Assembly (NCBI RefSeq): GCF_009914755.1 | Contig: NC_060928.1 | Direction: 5' to 3' (one strand) | Length of the DNA stretch: 64,000 bases | Source: the human T2T-CHM13v2.0 reference genome, Homo sapiens | Shown here: positions 1-13,010 of the stretch, piece after piece | Numbering within the stretch: position 1 is the first letter of the stretch | Layout of the letters: every line of letters begins with the position of its first letter | Program-made: the position numbers and the translations under genes | The notes under the pieces: model-generated | Databases searched by the model: none | The model's input: only the letters and a program-made list of their open reading frames with translations | What the model was told of the DNA's origin: nothing

Positions 1-368
1 AAATTTTTTCTACCAAATACCCTACATCATCTCCCTTAAGTTCAAAGTTCCACAAATCTCTAGGGTAGGGGCAAAATGCTGCCAGTCTCTTTGTTAAAAC
101 ATAACAAGAATCACCTTTGCTACAGTTCCCAACAAATTAATCTCCATCTGAGACCACCTCAGCCTGGACCTTATTGTTCATATCACTATCAGCAGTTTTT
201 TCAAAGCCATTAAACAAGTCTTTAGGAGGTTTCAAACTTTCCCACATTTTCCTATCTTCTTCTGAGCCCTCCAAACTGTTCCAACCTCTGCCTGTTACCC
301 AGTTCCAAAGTCACTTCCATATTTTGGGGTATCTTTTCAGCAACACCCGACTCCTGGTACCAGTTTAC
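1..368 (-). mobile_element. THE1-int (MaLR internal sequence), runs off the window start
   Basis: Sequence such as ccaaagtcacttccatattttggggtatcttttcagcaacacccgactcctggtaccagtttac is the reverse complement of the start of the THE1/MST internal region and directly abuts the LTR. Confidence 0.85.
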
Positions 369-723
369 TGTATGAGTCCATTTTCGTGCTGCTGATAAAG
401 ACATACCCAAGACTGAAAAGAAAAAGAGGTTTAATTGGACTTACAGTTCTGCTTGGCTGGGGAGGCCTCAGAATCATGGCAGGAGGTGAAAGGCACTTCT
501 TACATGGTGGTGGCAAAAGAAAAATGAGGAAGAAGCAAAAGTTGAAATCCTTGATAAACCCATCAGATCTTGTGAGACTTATTCACTATCATGAGAATAG
601 CATGGGAAAGATTGATCCCCATGATTCAATTACCTTCCCTTGGGTCCTTCCCACAACATGTCGCAATTCTGGGAGACACAATTCAAGTTGAGATTTGGGT
701 GGGGACACAGCCAAACCATATTA
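369..723 (-). mobile_element. THE1 (THE1A-like) MaLR LTR, 5' LTR of the element
   Basis: Reverse complement reads taatatggtttggctgtgtccccacccaaatctcaacttgaattgt...gtatgtctttatcagcagcacgaaaatggactcataca, matching the THE1 LTR termini and ~355-bp length. Confidence 0.9.
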
Positions 724-2354
724 CTAGGCATTATTTTAACAGTTGATCTAAAACTAATGTTGATATCTTATATATTTTTCCAAGGTTACTCTGGGAAAGC
801 AGTTGACATTTTTTCTCCTTGTGGGATGTAGAAGAATAAAGTATGAGAAAATAGTGATTTTGGCATGTCTAAGCGCCAGACATTATGTTTCTGTGAGTGT
901 TTCCTTCATGACTGTTGAGAAACTAATGATTAACAATACAGCATGTTTTAGGTATTTTTCAAATAATGGCATGAACTAGAAGCCAACACATTCTCCCAAA
1001 AGGGAAAAGACAAGATTTTCTCTGAATGGAAAATTCATATTTGAAATGTCTGCATGAAATATATAAGCTACAATATTTTCATTTTGGAGCAGGAGAATAC
1101 CTGACAGATGAAGGAAAAGAAAAATGAGTTAAGTAAAATGAATACAAACAACTTTTAGTTGGCAGAAAAAAATAGATTTTAATTATGGAAAACATACAAA
1201 CAGACTAATGGCAAATTTGGAAACCTTGTGTTTTTACAGATATTTAAAATTGCCTTTCAATCTTTGTCCCTTTACTTCTCTACTTTAGTGATATGAGATT
1301 CTTTCTTGGTATTATCAAAACCCATTAAATCAACAGGTATTATGATGTAATTCAATGCTATGAATGTAAGACTAATACAAAACACCTGATCAAATTATTG
1401 ATCTTTTCTTTTCCCCCAAGTGTACTACTGTCAGAGTAGCAATTGTTCATGAGATCTGATTGTAACAAATCTCTTTTAAGACTTCTCTGAGAATACACAA
1501 TATAATCAGGCTGATAGAAACATCAAAACATTTTTTCCATTGCCTCAATGTAATTTGGTTTGTTATGGCTGACACACAGTAGAAGTCACACACAGTCTTA
1601 TTCATGGATAAAACAGGCAATTGCCCACAGTCTGACTGCATCAGCCCAGGGAATACACAACCTATTCACATGCCAGTGAGAGAGCCTATTCCAGTGCTTT
1701 GCACCAGTTGCTTTTTTTAGGGAGGTTAATTTGTGTCCCAGCCTACTGTGGACATTGTTACTGCAAACACAGTTGCTAAACAAAAAATTACGGTTACTGT
1801 TATGTGATAATTTGATAAGTTTTTTTTTTTAGATTATAAAGGATCCTCCTATTGATAAAAGATTGGTACTCCACAGAGATTTATGTAAAATTAGGACATT
1901 ATTAATTTAGAATAATAAATGTAATTTTGGTTCTCTCTTTATGGATGGCTTGCTAAGTATGAGACTCTGAACCAGGGGAATTGGATGGATAATCCAATCA
2001 ACCAGTGGCCTCTGGCTCAAATGATCCAATTGAGCAATGCTTGCCCTCTTCACAGGACAATGCTAGAGACATTCTCTAACTCCTTTTCTTTAGACATCCC
2101 ACAAAATCAAGACATTGAAAGCCAGCTTGAGGCTGGTGAAAACCTTTTAAAAACTATACTTCCCAGCAAGGATGGACTGGGAAAAATATTTGCAAGGAAT
2201 AGTGTCATCAGATGTCATTCTGCTTTTTCTTAAAATGTCTAGGTAATGTTGATTATGTTTTGAATTATTCTGACCTTCTTCGATCTCTTGCATTGTATTA
2301 TTCCTAAGGCCATTATATTCTATTTTAACATTCTCTTGCTGTATTATACATACA

Positions 2355-2548
2355 ATAAAAGGCACAATTAAGTGTATAGCTCACTTACTATAATGAATTT
2401 TCATAAAGTGAACATACCCTTGGAACCAGCAGTGGTCAACAATAGAAAACTACCAATACCCCGAAGCCCACCATGCTCACTTCCAATCACTAACCACCTA
2501 CCTAAAGGTAAACACTATTTTGACTTCTGACAACACACACTAGTTTTA
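2355..2548 (-). mobile_element. Old L1 (L1ME-type) 3' end fragment
   Basis: aagtgtatagctc...tgaattttcataaagtgaacataccc...aaaggtaaacactattttgacttct is typical of antisense L1ME 3' UTR. Confidence 0.6.
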
Positions 2549-4606
2549 TTGAGGGCTTAATAATTTGGATCGTCAGAATTTTGTTTCTGGACAGGCATGT
2601 TGATTTTCACCTTGCTTTTCCCCATGTCCTACCCTTAGGTAGGACACTGCCCAAGGAAGCTCCACTTAAATGGAACTTCTCTAAGAGTGCAAGTGTGCTA
2701 TGGGCCACCAAGATGCAGGTAGAAGCATGGAGCATGGGTGGCAGTGGGGATGTGGAACTCACAGGGCAAGGCTGAAAGAAGGACCTAGAAACAGTGAGGT
2801 TCTTGGTAGGGCCCAAAGAAAAACTTCCCTGTCTTCACGCTTTTGCTTAGGGAAAGCCCTGGGAGCAGAGTTCTCATTTCTTTTTGCAACTTTCCTCTTG
2901 AGACCTCTGTGGTTCTTATTGTTAACTTTACCATTAGTGCTTGTTGGAAAAGATTGAGTGTTGCTTTTATTACAAAATATCTTGGTGAGTATTAAAGACA
3001 TACATACTGAGATTTATAAGATCATTGTGCTCATATGAGTATTTTATTTTAGTGCATTTCCAGGGAATGTCTTTTTCAGGGCTGGACAGGGCCTATATTT
3101 TCAATTCACCAACAGATCATTAGTCACTAAAAGAGGTATAAAGATCAGTCAAAGCAGAGTATTGCATCCTTAATGAGAGAGTGAAGGGTGAGTAGAAATT
3201 GATGTCTTCAGGTGTAGATTCTTGTCAACTAGTAAAAAATGCTGAGAAAAGACATCAAGTAACTTACAGGATCACCCACCAGCTCTGACTTGCTAAGGGC
3301 TAAAGTAATCCTGGTGATTATTTTTTTCTTCTATCTTGAAGGAATATCAGTCTAGAAGACTCCTTAGTAAACATAAGAATCATCAGAAGTACTGACTTAC
3401 TCAGCTTAAGCAAAGACTGACAGCAGCACCATTGCTCTTCATCCCCAGCATGGTTCTTGGAAGATCCAATTTATAGAAGATACATACTCAAGGAAATTCC
3501 TCAGTAGCCCCAAATGCTTTCTTTCCTTTTTATTTGAGACTGGGACCACTCATCCAAACGTAATAATGGTCTCAGGGTCAGAACATATGGCTTGTTAAGG
3601 TATCTTAAGGGAGCTATTATGTCTTCTGTCTGTTCTACTTTTATATGGTCCCTGATCTTTCCAGCAGAGCTAGGTCTTGGATTGGAGCAATGGGATGGAG
3701 AACTGTGCAAGGCTGGAGACTCACCACTCTGTTCCTGCATGCATGGGAAAAAATGGCCACCTCTGCCAGCTGGAAGTGGCTTTAGATGTCCTGTGAAGTT
3801 TTGGTAGTCTCTAGGCTGGAAATAAAAGAACTTTAAGATATTAGGTCTCAGAGTTTTCTTTTAGATCCATTCTGAACTCTTGGAATCACACTGGAATTCC
3901 CATAAAAAGAATGTTATGAGTGAAGTACGTCCACATTTACAGCTTATTTTACATCATACTTTCTTTTCTTGAACCTCAGTTCTCTTTGCTTTTTCAATTT
4001 TGATTCCTCTATGTATTTTTTTTTCTATTTTGGCTCCTACTCAAATTTTTCTAACTCTTATGCCCAATAGTTTTCTTTTGATTTCTGGTCTGATTATGTT
4101 CATCTGGTATTTAATTTAGCTCCCACTTTGTGAAGTTTGATCTACCAAGGCTACACTTTACTTGGCAAATCCTGGTTTCTATACCCAATTTACTCCTAAG
4201 AGGGATAGCTGAAGCCATGGTTTATCTCTGGGCTCTTTCTCTTCCTCCTCCACCCCTCCTTGCATCTTTCTTTTTCCATCTGTGCCAATTTATTAAATTA
4301 TAATGAGAAATACAAATGTCAAGTTTACTGCAGGGTTTATTTTGTTAGACTTTTTTTTTCCTCCAGAGAAAAGAAAATTTGCTTAGTGAACACAGACTCA
4401 GACACAGAGTAGTCAATTATTATTGGATTGTTTCATGGCAGGAAACTAAATAATCCATGCATCTTTGAAGCAGGAAAGTGCTTTCCACCCAGATAATATG
4501 CTGGTACGTGGGAATCTCTCTGCCATCTTGGATGGTACTGGTGTTACATGTGTTCTGTGCAGCTTGGGGTACCTCCTTTTCCAGACACAAGGCAGTTTGT
4601 ATGGCT

Positions 4607-4665
4607 AAAACTTTGGCTTTTCTCAAAGTTTTGCTTTTTGTCAAACTTTGGTTTTTCTCAAAATC
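4607..4665. repeat. Decayed ~17-18-bp tandem repeat (3+ units)
   Basis: aaaactttggcttttctc / aaagttttgctttttgtc / aaactttggtttttctc / aaaatc. Confidence 0.6.
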
Positions 4666-5607
4666 TTTTTTTCTCTGCTTTCCTTTTCTGTTTCTTAAAT
4701 GATGCATCTTTGTACTTCTCTCTTTTTCCCTCATCTTCCTGTCTCTTGCTGTTCCCCTGGACTCTCTCTTACTGCACTCCAGATGTCTTGCTGTGTACTC
4801 CTGATGTTGTACCTTCACCTCTGTCCTCTGCTGCTATTTTCCTCTAGTGGAGGGACTCTTCATTTGACACCAGAAACCAAATCATTGGTGAATATCGACA
4901 GATATACTGCAGGATCTATGTTTCTTTAGCATGTCCTGCAAATAGGACCAAGGTACATCAAAGTCTTTTGGATAGCCTCAGCTAATTGCCAGCCACGGTA
5001 GTGACCCATAAAAAATACCACATTGAAGCTCTTAATGCATTATTATTTACAGTTTGGGCTATATAATAACATTTAGCTTTAAAAAACTTAACTGTATATC
5101 TCACCAGGTGTGGGGTGGAATGAGGGAGGAAGGGACATCTTATGATCTCTATTTAATTTATCTCTCTCAAATTTGCTCTCATCAGCATTTTCCTGTTTTT
5201 CTTAGTAAATGAATAAGTAAGTAAGTGGGGAGATCTCAAACATGATAGGAAAATGACTCAAGAAGAATTAAAGATGGATAATCGTATCACTCTCTTTTGA
5301 TTTCAGATGTCCAAATTCCATGTTTGTTAATTAAAATGAAGGTTATATAAATGAAGAGAAACTAGAATGAAAAATTGGCACAGTAGAGTATTTTTTAAAG
5401 AAAACCTTTGTTTGCATTTTTAACAATGTGAATTAACTCCAATTAGCTGTTTACACCATCTTGCCAAGTAGAACTCCTACCACAACTGTTTCAATGAACA
5501 ACATAGAGTCGTTCGTAAGTAGTCATTTTTCCCCAAAGGGTATTGTGAAAGTGTGCGTTTGTTGGTTGATCATTTCTTTTGCAAGTGACCTTGCTGATTT
5601 ACTTGAA

Positions 5608-5772
5608 TTCTTGATACTCAAAGCATGTTTTAGACCAGTAGCAGAAGTATCTCAATTAAAGTTGGCAGAAATGCTGAATCTTGGGGCCCACTGCAGAGCT
5701 ACTGAGTCAGAATCTGAATTTTAATGAGATCTTCTGGTGATTCCTGTGAACATTGAAGTTTGGGAAACATTG
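5608..5772. mobile_element. MER5A-type hAT-Charlie DNA transposon relic
   Basis: ctcaaagcatgttttagaccagtagca...gaaatgctgaatcttggggccc...actgagtcagaatctgaattttaa...ggtgattc...gaagtttgggaaacattg follows the MER5A layout. Confidence 0.7.
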
Positions 5773-6558
5773 ACCTAGAAGATCATTTCCCCCAAATTAC
5801 AACAAAGGTAAACTTTAGTGTATGCCTCATGAATCTTTCTGAAATTCTGAATTAGTGGAGTCAAAATTAATCAAATTGTATTAAATTTTTTTCCCATTTA
5901 CATATTACATTTCACTAAGTTTATTTCACTCAAATTTTTATCTACTATCTTTTTTTCATAGACTCGAGTTATCCCTTTTAGAGGAAAACATCTATTAAAA
6001 GTTGAAATCATACCCAAATCCTCTGTCATTCTATTTAGCAAAGCTGAGCTGTATCCATAAGATTCTACTTGAGAGAGATTTTGACATCTTGGCACTTCCT
6101 TTTCTCCAGAGTATTGTATTCTTTCTTTTAATTGGGTAATTTCCTCTAGCCCTCAGTAGACACTTATGTGTCATGTTTTTATTTCCTGAATTAAGAACTT
6201 CCAACAGACTTACAGAAGTATCCAGATATATGTTCAGTTGACAATATTTGGAACCTCTGTGATGAGGTAGAAATTTCTTATATATTATGTAAAACACATT
6301 CAAAGACGAGTTTCAGCTTTTCAGTCAAATAGGTGTGAATTAATAGAACAGCAGGACAAAATCCTGTTGCTTTTCATGGTATATAGCTTACATTTCTTGT
6401 ATTCACTTTGTCTTTTATCTTTGTGCTCTAAATAATAGCTTTAAGTAGTTTAAACACATACAAGCCCAAAAATGTAAGGCAAAATAAAAACAGCACAAGT
6501 CAAATTTATCTGATATATCTTTAAGAGGACAATTTATTCATCAGTCTGTGAATCCATA

Positions 6559-6582
6559 TTATTTATTTATGTATTTATGTAT

Positions 6583-6621
<39 letters not shown>

Positions 6622-6904
6622 TTTTTGAGACAGGGCCTCTGTGGCCCAGGCTGGAGTGCAGTAGTGTGAACATGGCTTACTACAGCCTCAGCCTTCTGGG
6701 CTCAAGCAATCTTTCTGCCTCAGCCTCCCATGTAGCTAGGACTACAGGCATGCACCAACATGCCTGGCTATGTTTTTGATTATTTGTTGAGATGGGGTCT
6801 CACTTTGTTGCCCAGGATGTTCTCTAACTCCTGGCCTCAAGTGATCCTCCTGCCTCGGCCTCTCAAAGTGCTGGGATTACAGGCATGAGCCACTGTGCCT
6901 GGCC
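6559..6904 (-). mobile_element. AluJ with (TTTA)n tail
   Basis: (TTTA)n at 6559-6626, then an antisense Alu body with J-type ggctcaagcaatc, ending gtgcctggcc. Confidence 0.92.
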
Positions 6905-7059
6905 TATGTCATATATTCTCTTTAAATTTACATAATATTGAAGCTATCTGGATGGCATCCTAAATCTTACATATTTATAAATACTGAAGTTCAGGATTGA
7001 CACCTTATAAAAAGCCTTTTTGGAAATTAATTTTTTTGCAGATGAATCTTCATTTATCA

Positions 7060-7500
<441 letters not shown>

Positions 7501-7848
7501 AGCTTAAAAATGTAAAATCTCTTCAGAATTAAACAGTTGGGATTTATTCTTTATCAGTAGGATTTTGCTAAAAGTGTCTTTGAGTAATAGATTCTCCCTG
7601 GAAACAAGGTCTATTTATAATCTTATCTAAACAACTAAATAATAGAAGGCAAGAATAATTGAAATTCTTGAATAGAAATGACCTCAACAATATGCCTAGT
7701 TTACCTGTGGCTCATTTATTACGTGGCTTTGACCTGTGATGGTATCACAGTGAAGTGTTTTTTTCTTAAAGAGATCTCCTCTTCTCACTCTTTGATAGGG
7801 ACCCACCACATTGACTTCTGGTAACAAAGCTGTCACTCAGAGGAATTT

Positions 7849-8034
7849 TCTTTCTGCCCCCCATCTGTCCTGGCCCTGAAAAGAAGCCTATTTCCCCTCT
7901 TAATCTTAACTCTGGTGCCCTTCTCTCTACATTGTTGGCTGGTGCCATGCCTGTCACTAAATTTATCTGATAGGCTCATGATCCTGAACTTCTTCCCTCC
8001 CTTTTTCCTATGAGAGCACATAGTCTGTGTTGAT
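7849..8034 (+). repeat. Inverted repeat, left arm (donor; no recognisable TE family)
   Basis: Reverse complement of 8702-8893 with 13 substitutions and one 6-nt indel (hand alignment). Confidence 0.97.
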
Positions 8035-8624
8035 TGTGGGTTGTGTAGACAGGCAGATAGGAAACAACAGAACGCTATTTTCCCTTTGGGTGAAGCTTGA
8101 GGTCAGGCTCATTCCTGTTTTCTACTATTTCCTCTGTGTGTTTCCCCCAAAACTTGGCCTTCCCATACCTCTGCTGAGTTCTATAGCCTTTAAAAATTAA
8201 TACAGATTATTTTAGAAATCTATGTTATAATCTTAAAAGCAAAATGTAACTCTGTTTTTTTTCTCTACTGTACTACTAAGTCACAGTTTTCTGGGCATAT
8301 GATGAGCAACTGCACATTTTTTTTGTGGACTGACCTAAGAACGTTACCACCATGTCTAACTTAATTCCCACAGACAAATACATTATATTCAATTAGCATG
8401 ATTTGCTAATGAACTTCCATAAGTTCATAAGGTAAGAACTGTAATATATAGAAAAGCATGCTTATAATCCCAAATCATGGAAGTTATGGAGTGGATTTGA
8501 GTGAAATATAATCATTCCTTAAGCTATTTTAAAAGTAATCACTCATCTGACCATTAGTAAAGACAAACTATATGGAGCCTTTAATGTAAGTGCTACATTC
8601 ACAAAGTGGATATGTGGAACAAAA

Positions 8625-9022
8625 ATAGTAGGGTGGCAAGCAGTTGTGGACTTTGTAGTCGGAAGTCCAATTCAGCTGCTTATAAGTTATTACACTCCAT
8701 CATCAACACAGACTATATTGTCCCATAGGAAAAAGGGAGGGAAGAAGTTGGGAATCATGAGCCTATCAGATAAATTTAGTGACAGGCATGGCGCCAGCCA
8801 ACGATGTAGAGAGAAGGGCACCAGAGTTAAGATTAAGAGGGGAAATAGGCTTCTTCTCAGGGCTAGGAAGGTGACAGATGGGAGACAGAAAGATATGAAC
8901 AGGTTATTCTGCCTCTTGGTGTCTCAGTTTTCTCATCTGCAATAAGAGACATAATAATATAATCTACTTTATAGAATTGTTGTAAGAATTAATTAAAATA
9001 GTTTATGTAAAATGTAAGCATA
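8625..9022 (+). mobile_element. MIR split by the inverted-repeat right arm
   Basis: 5' part atagtagggtggcaagcagttgtggactttgtagtc...gcttataagttat (8625-8690); 3' part aggttattctgcctcttggtgtctcagttttctcatctgcaataag...tagaattgttgtaagaattaa (8895-9022). Confidence 0.65.
8702..8893 (-). repeat. Inverted repeat, right arm (derived copy)
   Basis: Reverse complement of 7849-8034; the core 8754-8855 differs from 7881-7982 at only 2 of 102 positions. Confidence 0.97.
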
Positions 9023-9029
9023 GATTACA

Positions 9030-9091
9030 TGATATTCAGGGCTTAATGCATGCTTACATTGATGCTTACATGCATTAAGCCCTGAATATCA
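9030..9091. repeat. Perfect 23-bp inverted repeat (hairpin) with 16-nt loop
   Basis: tgatattcagggcttaatgcatg (9030-9052) and catgcattaagccctgaatatca (9069-9091) are exact reverse complements. Confidence 0.97.
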
Positions 9092-9603
9092 GTTTGGATA
9101 GTCTCATACATATCAACACTTTGTAAGTTTATCTATTTAAAAATTCAACTGCCTTGGGATTAATCTAAAAATCAACATCATATTAAGGCATGTTGAGACA
9201 GCATTTTATATTATGTGTCTGTGAAACTGGGGTATGAGAGTGAGTTGTTTAGCTAGAGAGGGAGCTTATCCTCCCCTAGCATCCATCTCATTGCAATTTG
9301 TCCTTTTACCTTTGATGCCTGGTACAACTGAGAGCCCTGGAAAGGAAGCCAGGTGCTTTTGTAGGTGATAGTATTTCCAAAGATGCCGTGGAAACATTCC
9401 TTATAAGTGCTAAAGATCTCCTGGTTATATTCATTACTCCTAAAAGAATAGGCTACTAGTATCATTCTTATTTTGTAAGTAAATAAAATTCATGTTAAAT
9501 AGTCCATAACTTGTGGCTATACTACATCAGTGGTGGATCAAACATCATGATTCAATTATTTCTGGCTGTGGTTACAGAGAGAGATTCCATTGAGGACTGC
9601 TAA

Positions 9604-10641
<1,038 letters not shown>

Positions 10642-11102
10642 CATAGGGTCTATATGGTGGTGTTTGAGGGTGGACGGATGATGCAGGATCAGTAATATCA
10701 TGAGATCTGTGTGTCCTTCCTATGCAAATGAGGCACTACCAGGTAATATAGCCAGGGTGACCACCTCTTGGGGGAAACGTGAACCATAAGTGGTGCTGGG
10801 ATTCAGAGGCAGTCTTGGAGTCACGTCCCTGGAACTTAATGTTCTGGCTGGCAGCTTTATGGGATGCCAGATCCTGTTAAGTGTTGTGCTGAAGCTGTTG
10901 TAAATTTTGCTGTCTCTGTCAAAATGACTCAGAAGCTGAGGAGGGTCTGAGTTGTGGGGCTCACCAGCGACGGCTATGAGCCAAGGTACAAATGGAGTCT
11001 GAGAACCCATGTTGGTGCTTACAGTGTTCCACCATTATAATATTAGCTTTTCATGTAAACCAAGAGGTAGACAGAGGATATTTGTTTTAGTTTCAAGGAG
11101 CT

Positions 11103-11125
11103 GAAGGGGGAGGGAGGGAAGGAAG

Positions 11126-11165
<40 letters not shown>
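11103..11165 (+). repeat. Polypurine tract: G-run cluster plus (GA)n microsatellite
   Basis: gaagggggagggagggaaggaagggg followed by (AG)n, with no pyrimidine. Confidence 0.95.
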
Positions 11166-11166
<1 letters not shown>

Positions 11167-11394
11167 TTTTAGTTCTGTGTATCTTGCATGGAGATGGTAG
11201 TAGCCCTCAGGACACTGCATAATTTCATTATGGAAAATTAACACTCATTCAAGTCTCCTAAGACCCTTGTTCAACCAGCAAATCCATGGTGAGGGATGTG
11301 GCCCCAGAGCAAGTTAGTGCCTGAGTTTCCTTGGGCTGGCATCTGCGGAACTCTGCAATGTGACCCTTACTCATTCCTCCAGTGCTGCCTGCCA

Positions 11395-11560
11395 TCATCA
11401 CTGCAACATTCTAATTACCTATGGAATATTGGAGACAGTACTGGTGCTGGACCCTCCCTAGGCCAATTAAATGAGATTATCTTGAGATGGGACAGGGGCG
11501 TTAGTATTTTTTAAAAGCTTCCCATGATATTTTAATGTTAGCTACAGCTGTGAACCATGA
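11395..11560. mobile_element. MER5B-like DNA transposon relic
   Basis: ggccaattaaatgagattatcttgagatgggacaggggcgttagtattttttaaaagcttccca...ttttaatg. Confidence 0.55.
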
Positions 11561-11614
11561 GAATATAAGAATCCTATGCCCCAACTAATCTGGTCTATTT
11601 TTCAATTCAGATCA

Positions 11615-13010
11615 ATTCCATTCAAAATTTTAGACACTTACTGAGTACCTTGTATTATGCTAGTTTCTGCATATATAATAAATGAAACAAGATAAGTATC
11701 TCATGATTCAGTGTGAGAGACTAAGACATACACATATATGATTTAATCTGGTAAGTATTATATTTTGGATAATTAGTTATTGAGAAAGAGGGTGAATAAT
11801 TTCACTTGGATGTGTCTGAAGAGAGAAGTTGGGAAAACCTTCACAGAGCAAATGAGAACATGTGTTGAGTAAAGATTAGTCTAGATTGAGTTGACTCTTA
11901 GAGGATGAATAGGATTTAACAAAGAGGCTAAAGCATAATAGCCTCATAGGTTCAGTCATGATGAATAATTTATCTAACTAGAAAATTTGTTGAATTGGGT
12001 GAAAGGCTAGAGATAAGACAGAAAAAGAAAGTGGGAACCACATTAGAAAGGATTTTGAATTCAATGTTAATTGAACATCCATGAGAATCTAAGCATAAGC
12101 TATGTTCTGAAGGTATAGAAATGAATAAAACTCAAGATGCTTTCAGTTATGTGGATGAGTCAGATATGAGGTGGTGTAGGGAGGATTGCAGAAAGAGAGA
12201 ATTGCATAAGCAAAAACACAGAGGCTTGAAAATGCCTGGTGATTTCAAGAAACAGTGATAAACCAGCACTGTTGGATCTGTGATAGGGCTGGATAGAGAT
12301 TAAGGTGTAAAAGGCAGGCTGAGATTAGATTGGAAGAGCATTGTGTACCCTATTTAGAAGTTTCGCTTTTATACTATGATTTTAAAAATGGCTATGCAGA
12401 TTTTAAAGTGAAGATTAATATTATTCATATCTGATTTATAATTGATAACTTTAATGGTATTACATGAATTGTGATTCAGTGGAAAAGTGTGAAGAGATTG
12501 GAAACCAAAAGATCAGATAAGGACTATTAAAGAGGTCCAGATAATAGGTTTTCTAATCTAAGGCAGCTAAGTTGGTTTTGCCATTAGTGGAGTTCTGTGT
12601 TTCATGGGGACTGGGAAGACAGGGAAGGATAATTTTCTCCTTTGCTTGTTTTTTGGTGAGAAGAGGGAGGACCCTTGAGTTTGAAGTATCTGGGTTATCC
12701 AGGTAGAGCAGTGAAGTGGACAGTTAAAAGTATGCATCTAGACCACAGAAGGCTAATTGAAATTAGAAAAGTTTATCTGGTGTCAGCAACTTGTGCAGAG
12801 TAGATCAAGCCGAGTAAATGGCTAGATGTGAACTGACTCAGAAAAATCAACATTTGGAGATGAACAAAAGAAAGGAGCTGAAGGAAATGAGGAAAAACAG
12901 GAGGAAGCCAGGAGGGATTAGTATTTGACATTGGTCAGCAGTGTCAAACCCTGCAAAGAAGTCACAAAAGGTAAAAAAAAAAAACCTGAGAAGAAAAACT
13001 TCTGGACTAA
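11615..13010 (-). mobile_element. Degraded L2 fragments
   Basis: Begins cattcaaaa...cacttactgagtacc (antisense L2 3' end), followed by purine-rich antisense L2 body motifs (ttgagtttgaagtatct, atccaggtagag, ggtcagcagtgtcaaa). Confidence 0.6.

Noticed and set aside
785-840. Exon-like segment ttttccaag|...|gtatga (also 5307-5341)
   Set aside because: Weak donors and no coherent reading frame linking them to other segments.
4607-4665. Short spaced repeats as a CRISPR-like array
   Set aside because: Eukaryotic context, degenerate tandem units without unique spacers, and no cas genes.
7833-8945. ORFs 7833..8021(-) and 8646..8945(+) share the peptide SHRKKGGKK..IMSLSDKFSDRHG
   Set aside because: A by-product of the inverted repeat; non-ATG starts and no recognisable protein family.
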